DNA from: Octopus bimaculoides
Lineage: Eukaryota
Length of the DNA: 64,000 nt
NCBI RefSeq assembly: GCF_001194135.2
Contig: NC_068982.1
Span: 55,597,940 to 55,661,939 of the forward strand
Reading direction: 5' to 3'
Shown piece by piece: positions 26,272 to 39,040 of the stretch. The notes under the pieces were generated by a model that was not told the DNA's origin, made no database searches, and was given only the letters and a program-made list of their open reading frames with translations. Made by a program: the position numbers and the translations under genes. Numbering within the stretch: position 1 is the first letter of the stretch; each line of letters starts with the position of its first letter.

Positions 26272-26480
26272 TAAGGTGACGAGGTGGCAGAAGCATTAGC
26301 ATACCAATCAAATTGCTCAGCAGTATTTTGTTCGTCTTTACGTTCTGAGCTCAAATTCTGCCAAGGTTGACTTTGTCTTTGAGGGTTGATAATGTAAGTA
26401 CCAGCTGAGCACTGAGGTCGATGTAATCGACTTACCCCTCCCCTAAACTTGCTGGCCTTGTGCCAAAACTTGAAACTAAT
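26272..26480 (+). mobile_element. SINE family B
   Basis: AAGGTGACGAGGTGGCAGAAGCATTAGC...GTTCTGAGCTCAAATTCTGCC...GGTCGATGTAATCGACTTACCCC; homologous to 44462, 49933 and 51893. Confidence 0.85.
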
Positions 26481-26504
26481 TTAGCATAAATGTACAAGCA
26501 TATA

Positions 26505-26865
26505 TTCTTTTACTCTTTTACTTGTTTCAGTCATTTGAGAAAATCGACCCCAGGACTTATTCTTTGTAAGCCTAGTACTTATTCTATCGGTCTCTTTTTG
26601 CCGAACCGCTAAGTTACGGGGACGTAAACACACCAGCATCGGTTGTCAAGCAATGTTGGGGGACAAACACAGACACGCAAACATATACACACATATACAT
26701 ATATATGACGGGCTTCTTTCAGTTTCCGTCTACCAAATCCACTCACAAGGCTTTGGTCGGCCTGAGGCTATAGTAGAAGACACTTGCCCAAGGTGCCACG
26801 CAGTGGGACTGAACCCGGAACCATGTGGTTGGTAAGCAAGCTACTTACCACACAGCCACTCCTAC
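26505..26865 (-). mobile_element. SINE family A, near full length and young
   Basis: Minus-strand head GTAGGAGTGGCTGTGTGGTAAGTAGCTTGC...GGTTCAGTCCC (A/B-box-like), CCTTGGGCAAGT, and tail ending GAGTAAAAGAGTAAAAG. Confidence 0.9.
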
Positions 26866-27342
26866 ATTATATACATGCTATCAAGATTACTGTGTTGTAG
26901 CTTGAACATCTGACAGGTATATTACATGGTACATTCCTTGAACAGCTGACCCTCTTTTTGCAATGAGTACAACTCAGTTGTATCACATTACTCTTACCAT
27001 GCTGGTTTTAAACCCATTAGACAGTTTTGTTCAAATTGGGTCTTGCACCAAGAGAAGACCCCACACACATGCTCAAACAGAGATTGCTATAATGAATTTT
27101 TAGCATATCAAACCCTCAATGCTTTTTGGCTGGGACTAGCATACTACACAAAACATAAAACATCAATCTTCAACTTTTGTAGAGTAGAGGGCCCCACTGA
27201 CAATTCTCGAACTGGCCCTGATGCTGAATACATTCCAATAAAATTTTGCCAATCACCTAGAAAGTTGGCCATTATCAAACTAAAAAGCTGGGCACTTTCA
27301 GCATCAATTATCAGTGTTGCTACTTATAATGACCCTTCTTCT

Positions 27343-27551
27343 TTAACCCTTTAGTGTTTAAACTGGCCACATCAGGCACCAAATATTATACCTGTCTTAT
27401 GTTCAAAGTAGCCAGATCTATCCTCTCTCCTCTACCCTACAATGTCATTCTAAAAATAAAACAATCACATCATCAAAATCTCAAAGCTTGAAGATAATAC
27501 ATGATTAATTCAAATCAATGCAAATAAATAATCTGAATGCTAAAGAGTTAA
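27343..27551. mobile_element. TTAA MITE (about 210 bp family)
   Basis: TTAACCCTTTAG...GCTAAAGAGTTAA. Confidence 0.85.
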
Positions 27552-27927
27552 CCTGTTTGATACTAACCCACAGTGACTGCTTCTGGTTCTTATAAAATGT
27601 TTAAATTTAACTGTTTTAAAAATGTTTATATTTAAATTGAAAACTTTCATCAAAATTTTATGAAAAAAACTTTTATGTTATGTTCTAAAATACCTGTTTA
27701 AAGTTAGGTCTCTTCAAATTCTTGATTATTTTCAAGGGTGGATAGAATTTGTTGAGGTGGATTTTTCTATTGTTTGGATGCCCTTCCTGTTGCCAACCTT
27801 CACCTGTTTCCAAGTGAGGTAATATTTTCCTATGACCAGACGTTTTCCTGGAGGTTTGGTAATGAAGGACACTGCTCATATGATGCAAGGCAAGGAACCA
27901 GTAATACGTGTGCAAACACATATATAT

Positions 27928-28735
27928 TATGAGGGGGTACCCAAAAGAAACTGGAATTTTGCAATATTTCATTCACTTAGTTTTACATGTTTACACTTTT
28001 ATTGCCTTCAAAGTATTCTTCATTTGAAACAATGTATCGGTCCAGATGTGTTTTCCACTATTCAAAGCAGTCCTAGAACTTGTGAAGTGATGTCTTTTAA
28101 TGCCTCTGGTTTTTTCTTCACCTCTTCCACATCTGCAAAACATTTTCCTTTAAGGACTTTTTTCATTTGGGGTAACAGAAAAAAGTTGCAGGGAGCATGA
28201 TTGGGGGAATAAGGAGGGTAGGTAAATGGGCTCATGCCATTTTTGGTCAAAAACTGTCTCGTACTCAAAGCAGTGTGTGAAGGTGCATTGTCATGATGAA
28301 GCCACCACTCTTCATTGTGTCACTGGTCAGGGCATTTTCATTTTGCTTCAGAACTGCCAAATAAAATGTTTAGTTAACAGTTTGACCAGGAGGAACAAAT
28401 ACTGTGTGAACAATTCCTCTTGCATCAGTGACACAAATCAGCATCATCTTGACATTTGGATTTCACTTGACGCACTTTTTGAGAGCATGGTGACATTGAA
28501 TACTTCCATTGACTTGATTGCTGCTTTGTTTCCAGGTCATAGCCATAGCACCAGCTTTCATCACCTGTCATGACCATCAAAAAAAGGTTCGGATCAATTT
28601 TTAACTGTTCTTTCAGTTCACAACATGCATTTATCCATGACTGCTTTTGATCTTCTGTGAGCAAGGAAAGTACAAATTTTGCTGCAACTCTTTTCATTTG
28701 CAATTCCTTGCTCAAAATTCATTGGCAGAAGCTCC
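27928..28735 (-). mobile_element. Mariner transposon, 5'-truncated
   Basis: KRVAAKFV..LLTEDQK..., MTGDESWCYGYD.ETKQQSSQW, YPPYSPNHAPCNFFLLPQMKK.LKGK.FADVEE; TA-flanked TIR-like GAGGGGGTACCCAAAAGAAACTGG at 27928-58. Confidence 0.9.
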
Positions 28736-28984
28736 AGGACTGTTGTATCCTCCATCTCCAAATGTCGTGGCACCGCCACGATATTGTGACAGATGGTTTA
28801 GATACCCTCTACCAGTGTAGTAACAATAAACAAGATAACGATGCAGCCATAATAACAAAATAATGACCAACAATCTCTTCATGAGCCAACAATCAATATT
28901 CCAAATGAACTAACCAACCAACACCTTTCGACTTCACTGTGAACTCAACTTGAACTAACACACAGACTCCACTCCAAGAGTGTA

Positions 28985-29270
28985 ATGGCTGCTTTTACAT
29001 ACCACCAGCACAAGTACCAGTTACGTGACACCAGTATCTGCCATGACTATGATTTCACTTGACTTGATAGGTCTTCTCAAGCACAGCATATTGCCAAAGG
29101 TCTCAGTCATCTGTCATTGCATCCATGAGGCGTAACACTTGAAAGTTGCTTTTTATGTGCACCAGCATGAGTGCCAGTTATGGGACACCAACAATGTCCA
29201 TGACTATGATTTCACTTGGCTTGATGGGTCTTCTCAAGCAGTGCATATTACCAAAGGTCTCAGTCCCTGA
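28985..29270 (-). mobile_element. RTE 3' UTR internal repeat units
   Basis: Two tandem CATGACTATGATTTCACTTG...GGTCTTCTCAAGCA units, as at 51140-51470. Confidence 0.7.
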
Positions 29271-29394
29271 AGGAATTTGTGATTCGTCTGCTTTCCTACT
29301 TACTAAGACTTTGGTTTTTGTTAGATTCTTTGATTCTAGACCTTGCTTCCACACCTGAAATTTCTTCTATAGTTCCAGTAGTGATTCAGTTATA

Positions 29395-30455
29395 AGAACA
29401 AGGCCATCAGCATAGAGGAGCTCCCAGGGGAAGACTATCTTAAATTCCTCTGATATTGCCTGGAAGACTATGATGAACAAGAGGGGGCTGAGGACTGAGC
29501 CTTGGTGGACCTCTTCTTGTACCCTGAATTCATTACTATATTAATTGCTAATCTTCACCTTACTGACAACATCCCTGTACATAGCTTGTACAGCTCTTAC
29601 CAGCCACTCATCTAGCCCTAGTTTCTGCATTGACCACCAGATAAGAGAGTGGGGAGACTCTGTCAAAAGCTAGGTACAGGGGTTTATTTTTGGTTAGATA
29701 TTTCTTCAGCAGTAGCATAACAGTAATATAGCATCAGGCAGGCTCCTGCTTGGCACAAATCCAAACTGCATCTCATGTACACTAACTCTCTCCCTAATTA
29801 TTTGAGCTATGACCCTTTCTGTGACTTACATCACCTGGTTCAGCAATTTGGTGCCTCTGTAATTATTTCTATCTAAGGCATTGTAGTAGTTGACTATAAT
29901 GCTGCTAAACCAATTGTTGGGCATGACACTCTCATGTACAACCTGATTGACTATATGAGTGTCTAGGCTATATCCTACTTGGCCAGATACTTTAAGCATC
30001 TCAGTGGTGATTTCTGATGGACCAGGGGCTTTCCCTATCTTCATATACCTTAATTGCTTTAACTACTAATGTACTGTCGATTTGGATAGCTGGTCCCTCA
30101 GAAGGGTCAATGTTTGGCAGACTCTCCTTGTCCTATTCATTCTCCACATTTAGCAGGTTTTCATAATGGCACCTCCGAGCCTCTTTCTTTGCAGAATCAT
30201 TAAATGCAAATGAACCATCATCCATGCAGGCACATTGCTCTCCTATGACGTCATGATTTTCTCTCACGCACTGTCTTGCAATCCGAAACACTTCAAGTCT
30301 CTGGTCCTCATATCGCAGAACATTGGCAAACTTCTTTTTTTCTGCTACTTCCCTGACTAAATATACCTGTCCCCTAGCTTCCCTTCTGGTTATCCGATAC
30401 AGTTCCCTGCTACCCCCACACTTCCAGTGCTTGAAGGCCTGTTTCTTTTATCTTA
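29395..30455 (-). mobile_element. RTE LINE ORF2 fragment (pre-RT and RT)
   Basis: Reverse complement aligns with 42040-42990 (MKIGKAPGPSEITTEMLKVSG...NYRGTKLLNQVM...). Confidence 0.9.
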
Positions 30456-30460
30456 ACTAA

Positions 30461-32135
30461 TACAGGGTGTTCCATAAAGGGCACCGAAATTGAAAGGTGA
30501 ATAATTAAAATGAATTCTTGTAAGCATGGATATATTCTGCATATTTCTAATGAGTTATGTCTCCCATTTAGATATGGAGCACAATGTCGGTCATATGTCC
30601 ACCTGCACTGAGTCTGCATATATTTATGTGCTCCTCGAAATTTCCGATAATTCTCTCACAGATGTGTGACCTGATGCCTCCAATCACATGCCTAATTTCA
30701 GCCTTGAGTTCAGGAATTGTGCAGGATTTTTTGACATATACCTGTGATTTCACATACCCCCATAAGAAGAAATCACAAGGGGTAAGATCACAGGACCTTG
30801 GTGGCCATTGCTGGTCACCATGCAAGGATATCACTTGTTGCAGAAATTTTTCATGGAGTAATGCAAGCGTTTGGCAATCTCCGTATCTTCCAAGTTCGGC
30901 TATAATTTAGTGGATATCATGTCTTGGTAATGTTCTCCATTAATGGTAACTGCATACCCCTCATCATTTTCAAAGAAGAACAGTCCAAGCACTCCACCTC
31001 CCCAAAAACCACATCACACAGTCACTTTCAGTGGATACATTTCCCATTCTTGCATTATTTGAGGATTTTCATTTCCCCAAATCTGGCAGTTCTGTTTATT
31101 AACAAATCCACTCAAGTGGAAGTGGGCCTCATCACTGAAGATGATTTTCTTTGCAAAATTTTCGTCAGCTGCAAGTCTCTCCACAGCCCAGTCAGCAAAT
31201 TTCCTTCCCCCCTCCCGTGGTCAGGTGGCTGAAGATGCTGTGTAATTCTTTTGCTCTTTTACTTGTTTCAGTCATTTTGACTGTGGCCATGCTGGAGCAC
31301 TGCCTTTAGTCGAGCAAATCGACCCCAGGACTAGTATTCATTTTATCGATCTCTTTTGCCGAACCGCTAAGTTACAGGGACGTAAACACACCAGCATCAG
31401 TTGTCAAGCGATGTTGGTGGGAGGGGGGGACAAACACAGACACATAAACACACACACATATACATATACAAATATACAACGGGCTTCTTTCAGTTCCCGT
31501 CTACCAAATTCACTCACAAGGCTTTGGTCGGCCCGAGGCTATAGTAGAAGACACTTGCCCAAGGTGTTATGTAGTGGGACTGAACCCGGAACCATGTGGT
31601 TCGTAACCAAGCTACTTACCACACAGCCACTCCTACACTAAGTTGAATTTTGTATGCATGCATATGGAGATCTTTATGAAAAATTCGATGTAATGAAGTG
31701 GTTGGGATGTCCAGCTGCTGTGAACATCAGCGAATCAATTTTCCTGGACTCAGAATGACACTGTCTCACACAACAGCAATTTGTTGCTCTGTCCAATGAG
31801 AACAATTCCACCCAGGTGATTTGGCCATTGCAACTGAACCGGTTGTTTTAAACTGTAGACTTGTTGGGTGCTTCATTTCTCCTCCAAATGGTACAAAGTG
31901 TTTGAGCTGTTTGTGTTGCACTTTCTCTGTTTTGGTAAAATGTCTTCACAATGAGAATGCATTGATCAGTTGTAAACTGCTCTATGACACACTGCACACT
32001 ATTCTGAAAAACAAACGAACAACTATTAATTGGAGTGAAGAGAGATAGGAAACAAGATAAAAGCATTTCTTCAAACGTCAAAACACAAAATTGTCGCTCA
32101 ATTCAAATTCAGCGGTCTTTATGGAACACACTACA
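30461..32135 (-). mobile_element. Near full-length rosa/DD41D-like Tc1-mariner element, decayed, interrupted by a SINE
   Basis: TIRs TA-CAGGGTGTTCCATAAAG (30461) and CTTTATGGAACACACTACA (32117-35). Transposase pieces EQFTTDQCILIVKTFYQNRES, KDLHMHAYKIQL, IIFSDEAHFHLSGFVNKQNC, WPPRSCDLTPCDFFLWGYVKS. Confidence 0.88.
31252..31640 (-). mobile_element. SINE family A nested in the DD41D element
   Basis: Removing it rejoins the transposase (KIQL/TQHLQPPDH). Confidence 0.9.
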
Positions 32136-32232
32136 CTTCTAATATTCAAAAAAGTATAAAACTTGATTGCTATGGACTGGTCTGATTACCCAAATTGAAA
32201 CAATATCTATTTCCTCTTCCTTTCAATTCCTT

Positions 32233-32309
32233 TTAGATTTGTCCATTTATCTTAAATGGCATCATATTATACTCATTATAAGTGGTCAGTGATGTGAATG
32301 GATCCTGAC
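32233..32309 (-). CDS. Candidate terminal coding exon (QDPFTSLTTYNEYNMMPFKINGQI*) of an unidentified gene
   Basis: CTCAATTAG acceptor and 25 open codons to TAA in unique sequence; phase-compatible with 38969-39040. Confidence 0.25.
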
Positions 32310-33058
32310 CTAATTGAGGTTTTTTCTACAACTAAGCATATAAAGTAATCTGTTCCCTTAATATCTAAAAAGGTGGTTCTAAGTTGAAGTGATACCAAAA
32401 CTATAGTTATATCATGACTTGTAGGTACACAGTATTTTGTTATGCAACCATGATATACTATAAAGTATATTAAACGTTTTTATAAGCCAATACTACCTTC
32501 TACTGTGTTAGCAGTGTGTTTTACATTATTTGTTAAGGTTACTTCTACAGATATTCTATAGAAATTATAGCCACCACTGATTTCTATAGAATATCTATAG
32601 AGATAGCTTTAACAAGTAATATAGTTATATCATATTTCAATACAAACTCTTCTGTCCTGTACCCTGGTGTTTTATGATCCTTCACCTAGAATATACTTTA
32701 AGAAGGACTATCTGATACTTGAATCTTCAGTTCACTTCACTCACCCAAATGAGATATTTAAAATATTTGGTGGAGTAGGATATGGCCTAGTCATCTATAT
32801 AGTTAATCAGGTTGTACATGAGGGAATCATACCCAATGATTGGTATAACAGCACTTGAACGAAGTTGCAAGGAATGTCTACCTTAGATGAATATGTGCTG
32901 CAAATGAATCAAATAAATGCACAAAAATGCTACATCAAAGGACACTAAAACACTTATCCAGCAAAAACACACATCAGATTGGAATTTAATGAGAATAATA
33001 CTGTAATAAATGAGTTTTGAAGATAATTCCCAATTCTTCTTTATGATGTCTTGTATGT

Positions 33059-33415
33059 ATCATCATCGTCGTTTAACGTCCGCTTTCCATGCTAGCATGG
33101 GTTGGACAATTTGACTGAGGACTGGCAAGCCAGCAGGCTACACCAGGCTCCAATCTGATCTGGCTGAGTTTCTACAGCTGGATGCCCTTCCTAACGCCAA
33201 CCACTCTGAGAGTGTAGTGGGTGTTTTTATGTGCCACCGGCACGAGGGCCAATCACACAGTACTGGCAACGGCTACGCTCAAAAAGGTATTTTTTACGTG
33301 CCACCTGCATGGGAGCCAGTCCAGCGGCACTGGTAATGACCTCGCTTGAATGATTTTCTAATGTACCACCAGCACAAGTGCTAGAAAGCGACGCTGGTAA
33401 CAATTCCGCTCAAAT
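33059..33415 (-). mobile_element. RTE LINE 3' UTR copy
   Basis: CATCATCGTCGTTTAACGTCCGCTTTCCATGCTAGC...; same family as 12519 and 63610. Confidence 0.85.
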
Positions 33416-33710
33416 AGTGATGTATACATATATGTATATGTACATATATTTTTACATACATACATATATCATTTCTTTCTTTTTACTTGTTTCCGTCATT
33501 AAACTGTGGCCATGCTGGGGCACTGTCTTGAAGAATTTTAGTCAAATGAATTGACCCCAGTACTTATTTTTTTCTTTAAAGACTGATGCTTATTGTATTG
33601 GTAACTTTTGCTGGACCACTAAGTTACAAGGATGTAAATATACCAACACCAGTTGTCAAGCAGTGATGAGAGGCAAACAAATTTTTGCATGGAAAATGTG
33701 TGGAAGCTTG

Positions 33711-33745
<35 letters not shown>

Positions 33746-35189
33746 GTCCCAACATGGCTGCAATCCTTTCACTGAAACAAGATAAAGATATATATATATA
33801 TATATATATGTATTCTCAGCCACCCTTGGATTCCATTATTGTTGTCACGATTGCGACTTTCGCTGCTGGACTTCTTTCTGTCTGTGCATCTTTTTAAAAA
33901 AATTCCTTTCCATTTTACATGTTCTGTTATGTTTAACTAGATTTTGTTTCCCCTTTATTTCTCTTCAGACAATATACACAACCTCTCGACTTTTATGTAT
34001 TTTCAAACTATGTACATCTTTTTCTTCTAGCTTTGTTCTTGAGAACTCAAGTTCAGGCATGCACGCATGTATGTATGTATGTATGGGAGAGAGGGGGAGA
34101 GAGGGGGAGAGAGGGAGAGATAGATAGGGAGAGAGAGAGAGTAGATGTGGCTATGCAGATAGGGTACCAGGCAACCAGCAAAGATGTCAGCAGCTTGTAC
34201 TTAGTGTCACATTGTGTTTCTGTCCAAAGCACTTCCCTCACCAAGAAAAGCCTGAGCTAAAGATTGAGACTCATCAAAGATCATTCAACCACCTGAAAAC
34301 AGCAGCCAAATCTCCTTCAAATTACACACTATCATCTTAAAAGCAGGTAAGGACATGTTAGATAATGTAGTTTTAGTTACTGCTAAAAGGCACAGAATAA
34401 TCTCTTCAAGAAGATCTGGGGTTAAACAGCAACAACTTAAAATTGCCAAGTCCACCTAGTCCTAAATAGGAACTGCAGATGGTAAAATTAATGCCAGAAA
34501 CAGCTGCATTAACAGCATTTTGTAATTGGCAAATGATCCTTTGAATTACAGTGGGTGGAACAGAGACACTTACATACATACAACAGGTTTCCACATACCA
34601 AGTTCACTCACAAGGCATAAGTTGATCTGAGTTTATAGTAGAAGACACTTGCCCAAAGTGTAGTACAGTGGGACTGAACACAAAAATACATGGCTACAAA
34701 GCAAGCTTCTTAACTGCTAGGTCATTCCTACACCTTTCATTTTTAACTAACAAAAATTAAAAACTTCAATATATCACTTCGTAAATTTTATAAGAGACCA
34801 TATCACTTCATCAAATATATTTCTATCTAATTTAATTGTTATTATGACATGTTGATAATTGCTGTCAGTTTAGTGATCTCTTTCTCAATTGTTTTGACAG
34901 GCTTTTCTAATGTACTGGTATTGTTTCTCATTAACTTTTATACTAAAAAGGAAATCTGTATTTGCAAATTGTAATGTATTACTTATTTATTTATCTATCT
35001 ATTCATTAATCCATTATAATTTTTTTACCTGTACGAAGAAAAATACTGGAGTCTGTTATGATTTGTGGTAATTAAAATTTTTTATTCTTTTCATATACAA
35101 CATAGGTACTGGTGTGGTTGTGTGGTAAAAAGCTTGCTTCTCAACCACATGGTTCTGCGTTCAGTCCCACTGTTGTGGCACATTACTAT

Positions 35190-35790
35190 AGTCTCAAGTC
35201 CTCGGAACTTGCCAGGAAGTACCATCCTCGGAACTTTCCAAGAAGTAGCTCATCCTCGGATCTCTCCAAGAAATCATTGGAACTTTCCAGGAAGTACCAT
35301 CCTCGGAACTTTCAAGGAAGCACAACCCTCGGAACTTTCCAGGAAGTACAATCCTCGGAACTTTCCAAGAAGTAGCTCATCCTCGGATCTCTCCAGGAAA
35401 TCCTCGGAACTTTCCAGGGATTTCTCAGGGTTCCCGGAAATCATCGGAACTTCCCAGGAAGACCAATCCTTGGAACTTTCCAAGAAGTAGCTTATCCTCG
35501 GATCTTTCCAAGAAATCTTAGGAACTCTCTAGGCAGTTCCAACCTCGGATCTTTCCAGGAAGCAGCTCATCCTCGGGTATTTCCTGGAAATCCTTGGAAC
35601 TTTCCAGAAAGTAGCTCATCCGGGGGTTTCCAGGAAATCCTTGGCATTTCCAGGAATTCTCAGATGTTTCCAGGAAATCCTCGAAACTTTCCAAGAAGTA
35701 TCTCATCCTCGGATCTTTACGGGAATTCCCAGGAAATCCTCGGAACTTTCCAGGAAGTTACATCCCCTGAAACTTTCCAGGAAGTAGCTC
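35190..35790. repeat. Minisatellite, about 20-22 bp unit CCTCGGAACTTTCCAGGAAGTA
   Basis: Roughly 25-30 diverged tandem units; it directly follows a truncated SINE A head (35100-35185). Confidence 0.9.
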
Positions 35791-36344
35791 AGAAAGGGGA
35801 ATTGCATTCGAAAAAGTTTTAATCGCTGTTTTCGGTAAGTATGGGGGCTAGGAGAAATAGAAGAAGCCTTAAGAAGTTGATGTTAAGAATTGGTTTAACA
35901 GAAAATGAAGCTGTAAGAATTAACGGGGAAATTGTATGTAATAATTAATAGCAGACATATCCAATTTAAGAAAAGTGAAGAAATATGGAATAAGTAATTG
36001 TTATATTCTTGTAGGAAAACAATTTATATTATAAAATAGATATATACCTGTTCAAGACGAAAATGTATGTGAGAGCTATTGTATTGGACGTGTGTATAAT
36101 CATAGAGAAAGTGAAAGACATATGAAATGGACGTGCGTGTATGTGTGTGTGTGTCTTTTGCGGCTAATTTGACCTGAGTTTTGCAGTCAGCAGGAGGGGT
36201 TTGTGTTTTATCTCTTGATCAATGGCCGGACAAGTGAAAATATTTTTTTAATATGTGTTTTGGGGAAAGGGGATCTTTTGAAGTGGGCATCAAATGAAAA
36301 GAGACATGGACAGTTTTATGACTGAACTTCTTTTGAAGTTGGCG

Positions 36345-36680
36345 TGAGATTGCAGCCATGCTGGGGCACCACCTTGAAGAATTTTTAATTGAATGTATCG
36401 ACCTCAGTACTTACTTTTTAAAAGCCTAGTACTTATTCTATTAGTCTCTTTTGCTAAACCACCAAGTTACGGGGATGTAAACACACCAACACCAGCTGTT
36501 GAATGGTGGTCGGGACATCACAGACACAAAGAAATACATACACACACATACATATATATATGACAGGCTTCTTTCAGTTTCCATCTACCAAATCCACTCA
36601 AAAAGCTTTGGTTTGCCTGAGGTTATAGTAAAAGACACTTGCCCAAGGTGCAATGCAGTGGGACTGAAACCCACATCCAT
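36345..36680 (-). mobile_element. SINE family A
   Basis: Homologous to 26505-26865. Confidence 0.85.
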
Positions 36681-36823
36681 GTAGCCTAGCGGTTTGACAA
36701 AAGCAACTGATAAAATAAGTGTTAGGTTTAAAAAAAAATTACTGAGGTTGTTTCATTTGACTAAATTTCTTGAAGGTGGTGTCCTTGTATGGCTGCAGTC
36801 CAATGACTGAAACGAGCAAAAGG

Positions 36824-36880
<57 letters not shown>

Positions 36881-36964
36881 CACACACACACATATATATT
36901 TTTTTTATAGTTTCAGCTTAGAGCTGCGGCCATGCTGATGCACCGCCGTGTAAATTAGGGTTCG

Positions 36965-37009
<45 letters not shown>

Positions 37010-38314
37010 ACCTTATATATATATATGAATGTACATGTAGATACATTTGCACAGATATACATATACAAATATGCATACAATTGCATATACACATATAAAT
37101 ATATATATACAAACACACTCATATATATATGTATACATACACAAACATATATATACACATACACACATATATACATGCATACATATATGATCTAATCTAT
37201 ATATATAAGTTTTGATAGAATACATATGCTCGGGCTGACTTACATATCTATATATTGTCAATAAAGAATCAAGTTACTGGGAGTAGTTATCTGGTTTTTG
37301 TTCTTTCTATATATGTTATGATAGGATGCTGGTTATTTGTGTTTACTATTTTTGTGAATACTGATATTGTTTTTTTTTTTCTTGTGTGAATGAAAATCTC
37401 TTTACTAGGTCAGTGGAGCAAACAATTTGATTCCTGTTATTTATGCATTGCCAATAAACTTCAGATAAACTTAAGCCATTGTTTGCTTAAACTAGTAATC
37501 CGGAGAATATAATACAATAATACCTCACTTTAGGAGGACCCACTTTATGAAACCCCAAGTTTACGAGTTTTATTTTTCAAGTACAAAAAACAAATTTTGA
37601 ATCAAGTGCAAAAGTTTCTACTACCATAACAAATGCTTCTGTGTGTTATTGAGAAATTTAGAGAGCGTGAAATAAAGCTTCTTCTAAGCAAACAACTCTA
37701 GACTTGTTTTTTAAAATGAAATCTACAAGTGATTCAGAAAATGATTATAATAATAATATTTTTTATTATAAACGATTTTGACATTCTTTTTACTTTACAT
37801 AAAATATACATTACATTCTACTGTTGTTTTATTGCTATTTATTCATGAGTATTATAAATGTTATAGGTAAAATGTTTTATTTATAATATTGCTACTATTG
37901 GAAATTATTGCTCTGCTTTATGAGCAGTCTCCAGTTCGTTCTGTTTTTTTCTCAGTTCACTTAGCAGTTATCTCTTGTTACTGAATAGGAATGACATATT
38001 CCCAAAAGAATGCTCTTTTGTTCAAGACAGATTAATCTCTTTACTAATTTGGTGTTATTTAAATTATTAAAAAAAAACATAATTTTTTTGTTGACATAAG
38101 TAATCCATCTCCATTAACAATCTCTAAGTTTACATGAAATGCCATCAAACTCTTGAATATTTCATTTTAGTATTCACTTCCCTTATAAATTAATATATGT
38201 CATATATTATAACCATTTCTGCTCTTTGCCTTCATCAGCTGCTATCTGATGTATTTCTCAAAATCTGTCTGAAATAAACTTAACACAACGCAATACTTGC
38301 CACTACCGCTGCCA

Positions 38315-38445
38315 CTACCAGTCCTAGCAGCAACAGCAACCACCACCATGACCACCACTGCCACTACTGCAACTACCATCACTACCACCACCACCACCAC
38401 CATTGCTACCCCTATTGTCACCACTGTCACCCCATCTCCAACAAC
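38315..38445. repeat. (ACC/ACT)n imperfect trinucleotide microsatellite
   Basis: Direct inspection; it explains ORF 38242-38430. Confidence 0.9.
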
Positions 38446-38489
38446 TCCAACTTCTCTTTTCTTTTAACATAAGTTTGTTAATCTATATC

Positions 38490-38691
38490 GTTTACCTTTT
38501 TTAGTCATTAGACTGTGGCCATGCTGGGGCACCGCCTTAAAGAATTTTTACTCGAATGTATCAACACCAGTACTTAATTTTTATAAACCTGATACTTATT
38601 CTATCAGTCTCTTTTACTGAACTGCTAAGTTAGGGAGAAGTAAAAACACCAGCACCGGTTATCAAGTCATGGTGGGGGGACGACGAATACA

Positions 38692-38757
<66 letters not shown>

Positions 38758-38900
38758 ATGGGCTTCTTTCAGTGTCTGTCTACGAAATCCACTCACAAGG
38801 CTTTGGTTGGCCTGAGGCTATAGCCAAAAACACTTACCATGCAGTTGGACTGAATCCTGAGCCATGTGGTTGGGAAGCAAGCTTCTTACTAAACAGCCAC
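38490..38900 (-). mobile_element. SINE family A with internal (CT)n(CA)n expansion
   Basis: Head and tail homologous to other copies; microsatellite at 38695-38757. Confidence 0.85.
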
Positions 38901-38968
38901 ACTTATGCTTAATGTTTCAAAAGAATTTCTGAAAACATTTCTGAATGAAGGATCTACAAAACAATTAC

Positions 38969-39040
38969 ATCTCTGAATCTCATCCACAAACTTTACATCA
39001 GTTACATGAACCCATGAACCTATTTTTTTTACTAAGACGA
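38969..39040 (-). CDS. Candidate internal exon (VLVKKIGSWVHVTDVKFVDEIQR), unidentified gene
   Basis: 72-nt phase 1-1 open frame between CTTCATAG and GTAATT. Confidence 0.25.

Noticed and set aside
27043-27354. 103-aa ORF and several 36-120 nt exon-like segments (also near 12190, 18218, 19677, 21230, 33968, 45282, 60915)
   Set aside because: They are at the level expected by chance in AT-rich DNA, with no homology recognised and no consistent chain.
28778-28985. Possible solo LTR starting TGTGAC
   Set aside because: No second LTR, PBS, PPT or TSD could be identified.
35065-35706. Repetitive ORFs in the minisatellite (141 aa etc.)
   Set aside because: Open frames on both strands follow from the repeat unit; no start or splice context and no protein resemblance.
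35190-35790. CRISPR-like array
   Set aside because: Units are contiguous and diverged with no unique spacers; eukaryotic context and no cas genes.
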